Positions 8,818 through 17,386 of a DNA stretch of 26,454 bases are shown here, piece by piece. The translations under genes and the position numbers were made by a program. The notes under the pieces were generated by a model. It had not been told where the DNA came from, made no database searches, and saw only the letters and a program-made list of their open reading frames with translations. Origin of the DNA: a candidate division WOR-3 bacterium (GTDB lineage: Bacteria; Hydrothermota; Tepidihabitantia; Tepidihabitantales; DTDR01); the NCBI GenBank assembly GCA_039801885.1, contig JBDRVN010000021.1, positions 1 to 26,454 on the forward strand, read 5' to 3'. How positions within the stretch are numbered: position 1 is the first letter of the stretch; each line of letters opens with the position of its first letter.

Positions 8818-9999
8818 TTAATCTTCAACTATTTTAGCGTTGTCTATTAAAAATTTTAAAACTTTTTCTTCCAAAATTGCTCTTTTTAGATAACCACTTT
8901 TTTTAAAAAAATATATTTTTTCTTCCTCAAGGTTTTCAAATTGTTTTAGTTTTTCTTCTATTTCTTCTTCACTAACTTCAATATTTTCTCTTTTAGCAAT
9001 TTTTAATAAAAGACAATTTAATTTTGCTCTTCTTTCTGCTTCCTTTAAGAGTTTTTCTCTCAAATCTTCGGTTAAATCTTTCTCCTTTTTATTTAAATTA
9101 TCTAAAAAAAATTGAAAATTTTCTTTAACAAGCGATGGAGGAGGTTGAAACTCATGGTTGTTAAGTAAATACTCAATCACTTCTTTTTTATTGTTTTCTT
9201 CAAGAATTCTTTCTCTTTCCTCATTGATTTCGTTTTCAATTTCCTCTTTTAAAGCATTCAAATTTTCGAAGCCAAGTTCTTGAGCAAATTTTTCATTAAT
9301 TTCTGGAAGATGTTGTTCCCTGATTGAACGGATAAAAATCTTATATTGATAATTATCTACTTTTATTAAAATTTCTTTACCACTTTCAACACCTATTAAA
9401 TTCTTATTAATTTCTGGATGATTTTTTCTATCACCAATTTTTATTAATAGGTTTTCTTTTTTTTCTAATAAGTTATTATTTTCATCTAATAAAGAATAAT
9501 CAATCAAAAGAAAATCTCCTTCCTTTGCTGGTCGGTCAATTTCGGTATAGGTAGCACATTTTTCCTGCAGGGTTTTAACTTTTTCTTCAAATTCTTTATC
9601 AAAACCGGTTATTTCTAATTTTCTAATAGGAATTCCCTTATATTCCTTTAATGAAAAATCAGGAATTACTTCTAAAAGAATAGTAAATTTTAGTTCTTTT
9701 TCGGGAGTAAGTTCGTATTCAGAAATTTTTATTTCTCCGACAAGTTGCCAATCATTTTCTTTTATTAAGTTTTCATAAGTTTCATTAATTAATCTTTCAA
9801 TTACCAGTTCGTCAATCCCTTTTTTTAATTTTTTATAAATAATTTCTTTAGGTGCTTTACCAATTCTAAAACCCGGGATAGCGATTTTATCTTTATAAAA
9901 TTCTAATATTTCATCAATCTTTTTTTCAACAGATTCCTTCTCAATAATAATATTAGCTTCTTTTAAATAATCATTTTTATTAGTTATTGAAACATTCAA
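8818..9999 (-). CDS. tig: Trigger factor
   Basis: Ribosome-binding motif [10 protein letters not shown] and position upstream of clpP-clpX. TTG start with SD AGGAGT at 10005-10010. Confidence 0.93.
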   Translation of the reverse strand: MNVSITNKNDYLKEANIIIEKESVEKKIDEILEFYKDKIAIPGFRIGKAPKEIIYKKLKKGIDELVIERLINETYENLIKENDWQLVGEIKISEYELTPEKELKFTILLEVIPDFSLKEYKGIPIRKLEITGFDKEFEEKVKTLQEKCATYTEIDRPAKEGDFLLIDYSLLDENNNLLEKKENLLIKIGDRKNHPEINKNLIGVESGKEILIKVDNYQYKIFIRSIREQHLPEINEKFAQELGFENLNALKEEIENEINEERERILEENNKKEVIEYLLNNHEFQPPPSLVKENFQFFLDNLNKKEKDLTEDLREKLLKEAERRAKLNCLLLKIAKRENIEVSEEEIEEKLKQFENLEEEKIYFFKKSGYLKRAILEEKVLKFLIDNAKIVED

Positions 10000-10014
10000 T
10001 TTTTACTCCTTTTA

Positions 10015-10096
<82 letters not shown>

Positions 10097-10104
10097 ACTT
10101 AAAT

Positions 10105-10133
10105 ATTATAATTTAAAAAAAATTTAAAGTCAA
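10105..10133 (-). promoter_or_regulatory. Near-consensus sigma70 promoter TTGACT-17-TATAAT for tRNA-Leu/tig-clpP-clpX-tolB
   Basis: Plus-strand AGTCAA 10128-10133 and ATTATA 10105-10110, 17-nt spacer, 8 nt upstream of the tRNA 5' end. Confidence 0.75.
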
Positions 10134-10246
10134 TTTTGTTTTAAATTTTTGGTAACCGGTAGGGGTATTTTTTCGTCTTATATAAGGAGGGTATTTTTTT
10201 AATAAAATAGGGAACTGTATAGGAAGTTATCTAATATTCTGCTATT

Positions 10247-10275
10247 TTGAAAAAATCTCTAATTTTAATTATCAT
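10247..10275 (+). promoter_or_regulatory. Putative promoter TTGAAA-17-TATCAT for DUF72-cdd
   Basis: TTGAAA 10247-10252, TATCAT 10270-10275, ATG at 10282 after a 6-nt gap. Confidence 0.6.
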
Positions 10276-10281
10276 TAACTA

Positions 10282-10983
10282 ATGGAAATTTATGTAGGAA
10301 CCTCTGGTTGGTGTTATGATTGGAACTTAGAAGGTACTTTTGATTGGTATCTTAAAAATTCTAAATTAAATGCTGTGGAGTTAAATGTCTCTTTTTATCG
10401 GTTCCCATTTCCTAATCAGATAAAAACTTGGGCAAATAAAGGTAAAAGTTTAAGGTGGATAATAAAGGTTTCTCGGATAATTACCCATCGTTTCAGATTA
10501 AGTGAAAAATCTTATTCTTTTTATGAAAGATTTATAAATCTTTTTAAAACCCTCGATAATTATATTGATTTTTATCTTTTTCAATTGCCACCAAATTTTA
10601 CTCCTAAAAGTATTGATAAGATAGAAAAGTTTATTGAGTATACAAATTTAAAAGAAAGGTTTGCCTTGGAAGTAAGAAATGAGAAATGGTTTAAAGAGGA
10701 GTATTATAAATGGTCAGAAAACAAAAAGATAACGTGGGTTTCTATCGATGCTCCCGATTTTGGTGAAGTTATCATTAAAACTAATGATTATATCTATATA
10801 AGATTTCATGGAAAAGATGTTTGGTATGCTTATGATTATTCTAAAAAAGAGTTGGAAAATATTGCTAAAAAAATAGTTGAGAAAAAACCTAAAAAAGTCT
10901 ACGCTTTTTTTAACAATAATCATGCTATGCTGAAAAATGCTCAATTATTTATGAAAATACTAAAAAATTATGAAACAAATTAA
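10282..10983 (+). CDS. DUF72 family protein (YecE-like TIM barrel)
   Basis: YVGTSGW, VELNVSFY, LFQLPP, ALEVRN..W, YIRFHG, YDYS..EL, YAFFNN. Confidence 0.9.
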   Translation: MEIYVGTSGWCYDWNLEGTFDWYLKNSKLNAVELNVSFYRFPFPNQIKTWANKGKSLRWIIKVSRIITHRFRLSEKSYSFYERFINLFKTLDNYIDFYLFQLPPNFTPKSIDKIEKFIEYTNLKERFALEVRNEKWFKEEYYKWSENKKITWVSIDAPDFGEVIIKTNDYIYIRFHGKDVWYAYDYSKKELENIAKKIVEKKPKKVYAFFNNNHAMLKNAQLFMKILKNYETN

Positions 10984-11368
10984 TAAATATATTGATTTAT
11001 TAAAAGAAATTGTAAAGAATAGTTATTCTCCTTATTCTAATTTTTCGGTTGCGGCGGTTCTTGTTACTAAAAATAATATCTATTCTGGTGTGAATATTGA
11101 AAATGTTTCTTTTTCTTTAACTATTTGTGCCGAAAGGGTAGCAGTTTTTAAGGCAATAAGTGAAGGAGATAAAAATTTTCAAAAATTAATAATTTATACA
11201 CCAACAAAAGATTTTGTCTATCCCTGTGGTGCCTGTTTACAGGTGTTAAAAGAATTTAAAAAAGATTTAGAAATAATTTTAGTAAATAAAAAAGAAAAAA
11301 TAAAAAAAGAAAGGTTAAAAAATTTGATAAAAAATTTTAGCCCGCCCTCATTAAGAAAGAATAATTGA
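10970..11368 (+). CDS. cdd: Cytidine deaminase (homotetrameric, three-Cys zinc type)
   Basis: YSPYSNFSV, GVNIEN, CAERVA, PCGAC. Confidence 0.92.
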   Translation: MKQINKYIDLLKEIVKNSYSPYSNFSVAAVLVTKNNIYSGVNIENVSFSLTICAERVAVFKAISEGDKNFQKLIIYTPTKDFVYPCGACLQVLKEFKKDLEIILVNKKEKIKKERLKNLIKNFSPPSLRKNN

Positions 11369-11377
11369 GGACGGGCT
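11339..11377. terminator. Hairpin between convergent cdd and Kelch-protein genes; probable (possibly bidirectional) intrinsic terminator
   Basis: AGCCCGCCCTCA 11339-11350 pairs with TGAGGACGGGCT 11366-11377 (one C-A mismatch, G.U on the minus strand). Followed by TCCTTTTT on the plus strand. GC-rich in an AT-rich background. Confidence 0.7.
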
Positions 11378-11386
11378 TCCTTTTTA

Positions 11387-13579
11387 TTATTGAGCAATGA
11401 TTAGTTTGTAATTTTTAACTTCTTTACCTTCTTTCCATCTCAATAAGTAGATTCCTTTTTTCAAGCCTTTTCGATTAATTTCTTTTTCTTCTAAGGAGAA
11501 TTTGTTTACAAGTTGGCCATTGAGATTATAGATTTCACAAATTCCTCTTCCTTTTGGTAAGGAATAAATAGTGCTGATAACTTTTTTATATTTTTCCTCA
11601 GCAATATTTAAATAAGGAGGATAATAGAAGATAATAGAAACAGAATCGTCTACGATATGATTTGGCGGCTGACCATTATAATTATATTGATGATACCAAC
11701 GATTAGCACCATAAAGCCCTTGGATACCCACAGTATTAGAATTTAATATTCCGGTCATACTCAAATAGCTAAATCTAATCACTCCGTTCCGGTAAAGAAT
11801 AATTTCAAAAGTTTCAACTTCGCTGGGAGCATTATATCTTGGAACATTTACCCAAGCAAAAACCACAAAGTTTCCCTGCGGGTCATTATATTGATAAACA
11901 GTGCCAGATGTTCTTAAATCAAGGTCATCCCACCAACCACAAATATGATTTCTAATTGCTGTTGGAAAGCCGGTATTAGAATAAGCATAAGCAGCTGAAT
12001 CGGATAAGAAGCCATTGGTACATACATAAATTGTATTTAATGTTTGCCCATAATATCTAAACGGAAAAGGCAATGTGGTTTGAACATAACCATCATCAGC
12101 ACTTGGATACCAACCGGAAAGGGGTGTTCCAGAGGTTGGGTCAATCCAAACAAAGGTAACAGTATCAGGTTCTTGCGTTGATTCATAAATGTAACCAAAA
12201 CCATCAGGTTCACTTCCTACCCTTACTTCAACTCTTGTTTTCATAGTATCGTTTGAAGGGTCTTCATCACCAGGTAAAGATGTAAAAGCAGTTATCTTAT
12301 AAACTTTTCCTGGGGGAGGTATTAATCTTCCAAATTCAATAGATAAACTCTCTCTTGATGATAATGTGATAGTCGTATCCTTTTGGATTAATAAAGTATC
12401 ACCAATTGAATCATAAACAGAGAAAGTAGTGACAAATGTTTCTGTATTTAAGCCATAATTCATCACTACACCAATAAAAGGAGTTTCTACATTCGGCCGG
12501 GTTCTAATAGTGGGAGAAATTCTCCTTATTCCTACATCATGATTAAATTGTCTTAAATCAAGTCCTTCGTGATTAGTTACATAGCCAGTTCCGGTATATC
12601 CACCAGCGATATAAAGCATACCTGTTGGGTCGACAGCAATTCCATAGACATTAGAAACAGCAGTCGGTTTATTTGCCCATTGTGACCAACTGTTTGTTCT
12701 TGGATTATAGGAGCGAGTTTCAGCAGTGACTCCAGCAGAGACATTACCGCCGACTAAGAAGAGTTCATCATTATAAACACCACAGATTGTCCGATATCTT
12801 GCTTCTCCAGGACAAGAAGGACCGGTAGTCCAAGTAATTTGAGTTGGATTTTCAGGATTAATTGTGCCAATAATAGTTATATTTGTGGCACCACTAGAGC
12901 CATAACCAGTAGAAACAACAATTGTATCACCAATTATTCCTGCTCCTGGTGTACCTAATGGTTGAGGCATTGATGTACAGGTGTACCAATTATTAGCAAA
13001 TGGGTCATACATATAAACTGAAGCTATTGGGGGAGAACCCGAACTCCAATTTCCGCCACCGATTACATAGATTAAAGAATCTCGCCAAACACCAATTCCA
13101 AAATCATGATTGGGAATGGGCATGGATGTGCCAGTGCTCCAACTATTATTTGCCGGATCATAAATCTCCACAACGTTAAGACCTGTTCCGAAAGTTTGAC
13201 AACCGCCGATTACGTAAATCTTTCCTGTTTTGCCAACATAAGCGGCACGACCGATTGCTCGGGCAGTAGGCATTGGTGTCTTTTCTGTCCAAGAATTTGT
13301 TCTTACATCATATTCTAAAACAATATTTTGCACTGTGCCACCAGATACTTGGAAACCACCAAAGGAATACCATTTTTTCTCACCGTTAACTATACAAAAA
13401 GCAGTCATCTGATGGGCTCGAGTAGTAGGAAGTGGAGCAAAGGTGAGCCACTCATTGTAATCCAAAGAAATTTCTTTTGTTTTGTGGAAAGAAGTAATAG
13501 GAGCATAATCAGGATTTAATTGATAAGAGAATAAAAAAAATGGTAAACATAAGAATATAATAAGATAATTTCTTTTCAT
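11387..13579 (-). CDS. Secreted Kelch-repeat protein with Ig-like and nidogen-like regions and a T9SS-like C-terminal tail
   Basis: Signal peptide MKRNYLIIFLCLPFFLFS. Six Kelch-like repeats (IYVIGG...YDP..N.W). HDVG...GDEDPSND Ig-like segment, FPFRYYG....IYVCTNGFLS segment, tail IYNLNGQLV...GIYLLR...KLII. SD GGAGGTG 13584-13590. Confidence 0.8.
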   Translation of the reverse strand: MKRNYLIIFLCLPFFLFSYQLNPDYAPITSFHKTKEISLDYNEWLTFAPLPTTRAHQMTAFCIVNGEKKWYSFGGFQVSGGTVQNIVLEYDVRTNSWTEKTPMPTARAIGRAAYVGKTGKIYVIGGCQTFGTGLNVVEIYDPANNSWSTGTSMPIPNHDFGIGVWRDSLIYVIGGGNWSSGSPPIASVYMYDPFANNWYTCTSMPQPLGTPGAGIIGDTIVVSTGYGSSGATNITIIGTINPENPTQITWTTGPSCPGEARYRTICGVYNDELFLVGGNVSAGVTAETRSYNPRTNSWSQWANKPTAVSNVYGIAVDPTGMLYIAGGYTGTGYVTNHEGLDLRQFNHDVGIRRISPTIRTRPNVETPFIGVVMNYGLNTETFVTTFSVYDSIGDTLLIQKDTTITLSSRESLSIEFGRLIPPPGKVYKITAFTSLPGDEDPSNDTMKTRVEVRVGSEPDGFGYIYESTQEPDTVTFVWIDPTSGTPLSGWYPSADDGYVQTTLPFPFRYYGQTLNTIYVCTNGFLSDSAAYAYSNTGFPTAIRNHICGWWDDLDLRTSGTVYQYNDPQGNFVVFAWVNVPRYNAPSEVETFEIILYRNGVIRFSYLSMTGILNSNTVGIQGLYGANRWYHQYNYNGQPPNHIVDDSVSIIFYYPPYLNIAEEKYKKVISTIYSLPKGRGICEIYNLNGQLVNKFSLEEKEINRKGLKKGIYLLRWKEGKEVKNYKLIIAQ

Positions 13580-13600
13580 TTTTCACCTCCAAGTTAAAAA

Positions 13601-13629
13601 AGTATAAAATAAAATGTTTAAAAAGTCAA
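13601..13629 (-). promoter_or_regulatory. Promoter TTGACT-17-TATACT for the Kelch-protein gene
   Basis: Plus-strand AGTCAA 13624-13629 and AGTATA 13601-13606. Confidence 0.65.
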
Positions 13630-13642
13630 TAATGAAAATAAA

Positions 13643-13670
13643 TTGATTTTTGAATTATTTTTATTAAAAT
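13643..13670 (+). promoter_or_regulatory. Promoter TTGATT-16-TAAAAT for the PCP-wecB-ligase/polymerase block
   Basis: TTGATT 13643-13648, TAAAAT 13665-13670, ATG 13678 after a 7-nt gap. Confidence 0.55.
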
Positions 13671-13677
13671 AAATTCA

Positions 13678-14838
13678 ATGGATTATTTATTAATCTTGTT
13701 TCGGGGAAGAAAATTTATTTTTTGGAATGTTTTTATAATTACCCTTTTTTCTTTAATTTTATCCTTTATTTTGCCTAGAAAATATAAAGCAACCGGTCAA
13801 ATTTTGCCACCGCCGGATGAACCGACAATTTACAGCCTTTCAACAGTTTTACCAGGCTCTTCACCAACTCAACGATTAATGTTAAGAAGTTGGAATATAA
13901 GTGATATCCTGGTAGCAATTTTGAAAAGCAGGACAATTGGCGAATATGTGATTAATAATACTAAATTTTCAAATTTTTATAAATTTAAAAGATTAGAAGA
14001 TGCCCTTAATTTTTTAAATAAGATTACAAAAGTCTCTCAAAGTGAAGAGATGGTAATAAAGATTAGCGTGGAAGTAAAAGATAGAAATCTCGCCTGTGAT
14101 ATGGTAAATACTTATATTTATGCTTTAGATAATTTTCTAAAAGAATCAATGATGAGTAGGGGAAAATATTTAAGGATATTTTTAGAAAATCAATTAAAGA
14201 AAGTAGAAAAAGAATTAGCCCAAGCTCGGGAGTCTTTAAAAGTTTTTCAAGAAAGACATAATTTGCCAGAATTAGAAGAAGGCTTAAAATCGGTATTAGA
14301 TGCTTATGCCCAATTAAAATCCCAGTTGATAGTTAAAGAAGCAGAATTAGAGATGGTGAGAGACATTTCCTCACCGGATAACCCTTATTATCAAGATTTA
14401 ATAGTGGAAGTTAAAAAATTTCGCGAGAAATTAAGGGAAATGGAAAAAGGAGATGGTTTAGGAGGTTTCGGTCCGGGTTTCGGGACACCTTTTGAGCAAT
14501 TACCAGCAGTGGCTAGTGAATATATAAAAAGATATCAGGAATGGAAGTTAAAAGGTGAAATCTATCTTTTGTTACAACAACAATATGAACAAGCAAAGCT
14601 TACGGAAGCAAAAGATACTCCAACAATTACGATATTAGATTATGCTAAAATTCCTGAGCGTCCTTCTTTTCCGAAGAAAAAAATTTTAGTTCTTATTGGT
14701 TTTTTCTTTTCATTAATTTTTAGTATTTTAATTATATTTACAAGAGAGTATATAAATTCTAATAAAGCACTTAAAGACTTTCTTTCCGAAGCAGCTACTA
14801 CTTTAAAAAGAGAACTTCTTCTTAAAAGAAAAGAATGA
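13678..14838 (+). CDS. Polysaccharide co-polymerase / chain-length determinant (Wzz/GumC/GNVR-like, no kinase domain)
   Basis: N-terminal TM followed by P.KYKATGQILPP, ILKSR, a long coiled-coil, and ILDYAKIPERPSFPKK before the C-terminal TM. Confidence 0.85.
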   Translation: MDYLLILFRGRKFIFWNVFIITLFSLILSFILPRKYKATGQILPPPDEPTIYSLSTVLPGSSPTQRLMLRSWNISDILVAILKSRTIGEYVINNTKFSNFYKFKRLEDALNFLNKITKVSQSEEMVIKISVEVKDRNLACDMVNTYIYALDNFLKESMMSRGKYLRIFLENQLKKVEKELAQARESLKVFQERHNLPELEEGLKSVLDAYAQLKSQLIVKEAELEMVRDISSPDNPYYQDLIVEVKKFREKLREMEKGDGLGGFGPGFGTPFEQLPAVASEYIKRYQEWKLKGEIYLLLQQQYEQAKLTEAKDTPTITILDYAKIPERPSFPKKKILVLIGFFFSLIFSILIIFTREYINSNKALKDFLSEAATTLKRELLLKRKE

Positions 14839-15974
14839 AAATTCCTAAAATTCTTTTTGCTTTCGGAACAAGACCCGAGGCAATAAAACTGGCACCAATT
14901 ATCCAAGAAATAAGAAAAAAAGATAATAAAAAATTTTTTGAAAGCTATATATGTATTACTGCTCAACATCGGGAAATGTTGGATGAAGTTTTAAGGCTGT
15001 TTAAAATTCGAGTTGATTACGATTTGAATATTATGGAACCTAATCAGACGCCTCGATTGGTGACAGAAAAAATTTTAAAAAGTTTTTATCCTTATTTAAA
15101 AAAAACAAATCCTGATTTAGTAATTGTCCAAGGTGACACAACTTCCGCTTTCGCCTGTGCTTTACTTGCTTTTTATGAAAAAATTAAAATTGCTCATGTG
15201 GAAGCTGGATTAAGAACCGAAGATAAATTTCAACCTTATCCGGAAGAAATGAATCGTCGTTTAATCTCTCCCCTTGCCGATATTAATTTTGCTCCAACGA
15301 AAATAGCAAAAGAAAATCTTTTAAAAGAAAATATTACCAAAGAAAGAATTTTTGTGACCGGAAATACCGTGGTCGATGCTCTTTTAAAAATTAAAAAGAA
15401 GTTTAAAATAAAGAATAATATTAAAAAAGAAAAAAATATTTTAGTTACAATTCATCGACGAGAGAATTGGGGAAAACCCTTAGAGGAAGTTTGCGAAGCA
15501 ATAAAAAAGTTAACGGAAATTTATCCTTTTCTTAAATTTTATATTCCCGTCCATTTAAATCCTAATGTTAAAGAAGTTATATATAATAAATTAAAAAATA
15601 TCTCCCAAGTAAATCTTTTGTCACCTTTACCTTACTTTGAATTATTACAATTAATGGGAAAAAGCTTTTTAATCCTTACTGATTCTGGAGGAATTTGTGA
15701 GGAAGCACCGAGTTTTAATGTCCCAGTGCTGATATTGCGAAATAAAACCGAGCGAAAAGAAGCGGTGATAAAAGGATTAGCAAAATTGGTGGGGACTTCT
15801 TATGAGAATATAATAAAAGATGTAAGGGGATTAATAAATAATTCAAAAAAATATAATCAAATGATAAAAAAAATAAATCCTTTCGGCGACGGTAAGGCAG
15901 CAAAAAGAATTATTGAATATTTAAAATTTTATTATGGATTCACAAATAAAAAACCAGCACCTTTTAACCGCTGA
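14835..15974 (+). CDS. wecB: UDP-N-acetylglucosamine 2-epimerase (non-hydrolysing)
   Basis: FGTRPEAIKLAP, TAQHREML, VQGDTTS, HVEAGLRT, PEEMNR, VTGNTVVDAL, HRREN, TDSGG, EEAPS, NPFGDGKAA. Confidence 0.95.
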   Translation: MKIPKILFAFGTRPEAIKLAPIIQEIRKKDNKKFFESYICITAQHREMLDEVLRLFKIRVDYDLNIMEPNQTPRLVTEKILKSFYPYLKKTNPDLVIVQGDTTSAFACALLAFYEKIKIAHVEAGLRTEDKFQPYPEEMNRRLISPLADINFAPTKIAKENLLKENITKERIFVTGNTVVDALLKIKKKFKIKNNIKKEKNILVTIHRRENWGKPLEEVCEAIKKLTEIYPFLKFYIPVHLNPNVKEVIYNKLKNISQVNLLSPLPYFELLQLMGKSFLILTDSGGICEEAPSFNVPVLILRNKTERKEAVIKGLAKLVGTSYENIIKDVRGLINNSKKYNQMIKKINPFGDGKAAKRIIEYLKFYYGFTNKKPAPFNR

Positions 15975-17301
15975 GATTAGATTTAAAAATCTCTTTTTTC
16001 TTTTACTTTTAATTTTTCAATCGTTTTTTTTGACTATTTCCTTATATTATAATTTAATCTATTCTTTACCAGTATTTCTGGTTCTTTTTTTTCTATTATT
16101 TCTTATCTTAGGTAAAAATCGTTTAAAAATTTTTCTTATTTTTACTATTTTCTTTGCTTCTCTTTTAATGAAACCAACCTCTCGAAAAGGGATTTTTTTA
16201 AGATTAGAAGAAATTCCTTACTTTTTGCTTCTTTTTTTAACTTTTTTAGCATTGGAAAAGAAAGAAAGATATTATTTAAAAACAAATACCGATTATTTGT
16301 TGTTAAGTTTTCTTTTCTTAACCGGTTTCTCTTTCTTTTATGGAATTTTTTTAGGCAATTCTTTATATCAAGCAATTGATGATTTTTTACTTATATTTTT
16401 TTATGCCTTCTATTTTTTGGTGTTAATTTATTTTCAAGAAGAAAAATGGCAGAGAGTTTTGGTGATTTCAATTATTGTTATCTCCGTTTTAGTTTCTTTA
16501 CAATATACGGTACCTTTTTTGGTTACTTTTCAAATCAAAAGGTATGCCACTGACCAGCAACATCTTTTTAATATTGGTTATCCTTTATTGATATCTTATA
16601 TTATTTTTGGTAAGAAAACAAAATATAAAATTTTAGCAGGTTTATCTTTAATCCCAATGAGTTTAGCAGTAATAATTTCTCTTACCCGAGCTTTATGGAT
16701 AACAATTCCTTTTTCAGTTTTCATAATTTTAATAATTTATTTTTGGCAACAAAGAAAATTAAAACAAATTTTTTATATTTTTTCTGTTTTTTTAGTGATA
16801 TCTCTCATTATTTATTCTTTATTTACAAAAAAAATGGATTTTAAAAAATTTATAAAGGTAAGGCAAGAAGCCTTTGTCAGCTTGCGAACAGATCTTTCAC
16901 TTTTAGAAAGAGTTTTTGGTATAAGAGAAGTGATTCAACAATTTAAAAAAAATCCAATTTTCGGTGTTGGTTTGGGAAGTATTTATTCCGGCGTATTGCC
17001 TTGGAGAAAAAAATTAAAATTTTCATGGGTTGACTGTTTATTTATTAACTTATTATGGAAATTTGGAATTATTGGTTTTATAATTTTTTTAGCTATTTAT
17101 TATTATTTTTTAAAAAATATTATTAAGGTTTTTAAAAATTCCCAAAATAACTTTCAAAAATGGGTTAGTATCGGAATGCTTTCGGTTTTTATTTCTTTAA
17201 TAATTCTTAGTATTGAATCAGGTTTTCTTTTAATCTATCGATTTAATTTAATTTTGGCATCTTTATTAGCAATTTTTAATTTATGGGTACAAGAGAAGTG
17301 A
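15934..17301 (+). CDS. O-antigen ligase/polymerase family membrane protein (WaaL/Wzy-like); start uncertain
   Basis: Many TM segments; SLTRALWI, S...R, NPIFGVGLG and L.K.GIIG motifs; located in a polysaccharide cluster. Confidence 0.75.
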   Translation: MDSQIKNQHLLTAEIRFKNLFFLLLLIFQSFFLTISLYYNLIYSLPVFLVLFFLLFLILGKNRLKIFLIFTIFFASLLMKPTSRKGIFLRLEEIPYFLLLFLTFLALEKKERYYLKTNTDYLLLSFLFLTGFSFFYGIFLGNSLYQAIDDFLLIFFYAFYFLVLIYFQEEKWQRVLVISIIVISVLVSLQYTVPFLVTFQIKRYATDQQHLFNIGYPLLISYIIFGKKTKYKILAGLSLIPMSLAVIISLTRALWITIPFSVFIILIIYFWQQRKLKQIFYIFSVFLVISLIIYSLFTKKMDFKKFIKVRQEAFVSLRTDLSLLERVFGIREVIQQFKKNPIFGVGLGSIYSGVLPWRKKLKFSWVDCLFINLLWKFGIIGFIIFLAIYYYFLKNIIKVFKNSQNNFQKWVSIGMLSVFISLIILSIESGFLLIYRFNLILASLLAIFNLWVQEK

Positions 17302-17386
17302 AAGACAAAAAATTAGTTTCTATTAAGATTTATATTTTTCGAAAATATTTAGTTAAAACTTTTAAAAGTTATTATTTATTGAATTA

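Noticed and set aside
8805-8828. clpP N-terminal extension MKIKRRFK from the ORF track
   Set aside because: This stretch contains the SD for ATG 8804 and overlaps the tig stop; the downstream start fits ClpP N-termini better.
10714-10944. 76-aa minus-strand ORF
   Set aside because: Antisense inside the DUF72 gene; no family features.
13106-13519. Two short plus-strand ORFs (70 and 63 aa)
   Set aside because: Antisense to the Kelch repeats, where higher GC reduces stop-codon frequency.
14640-16375. Minus-strand ORFs 14640..14969, 15715..15903 and 16145..16375
   Set aside because: All lie antisense to well-supported polysaccharide genes and have no motifs.
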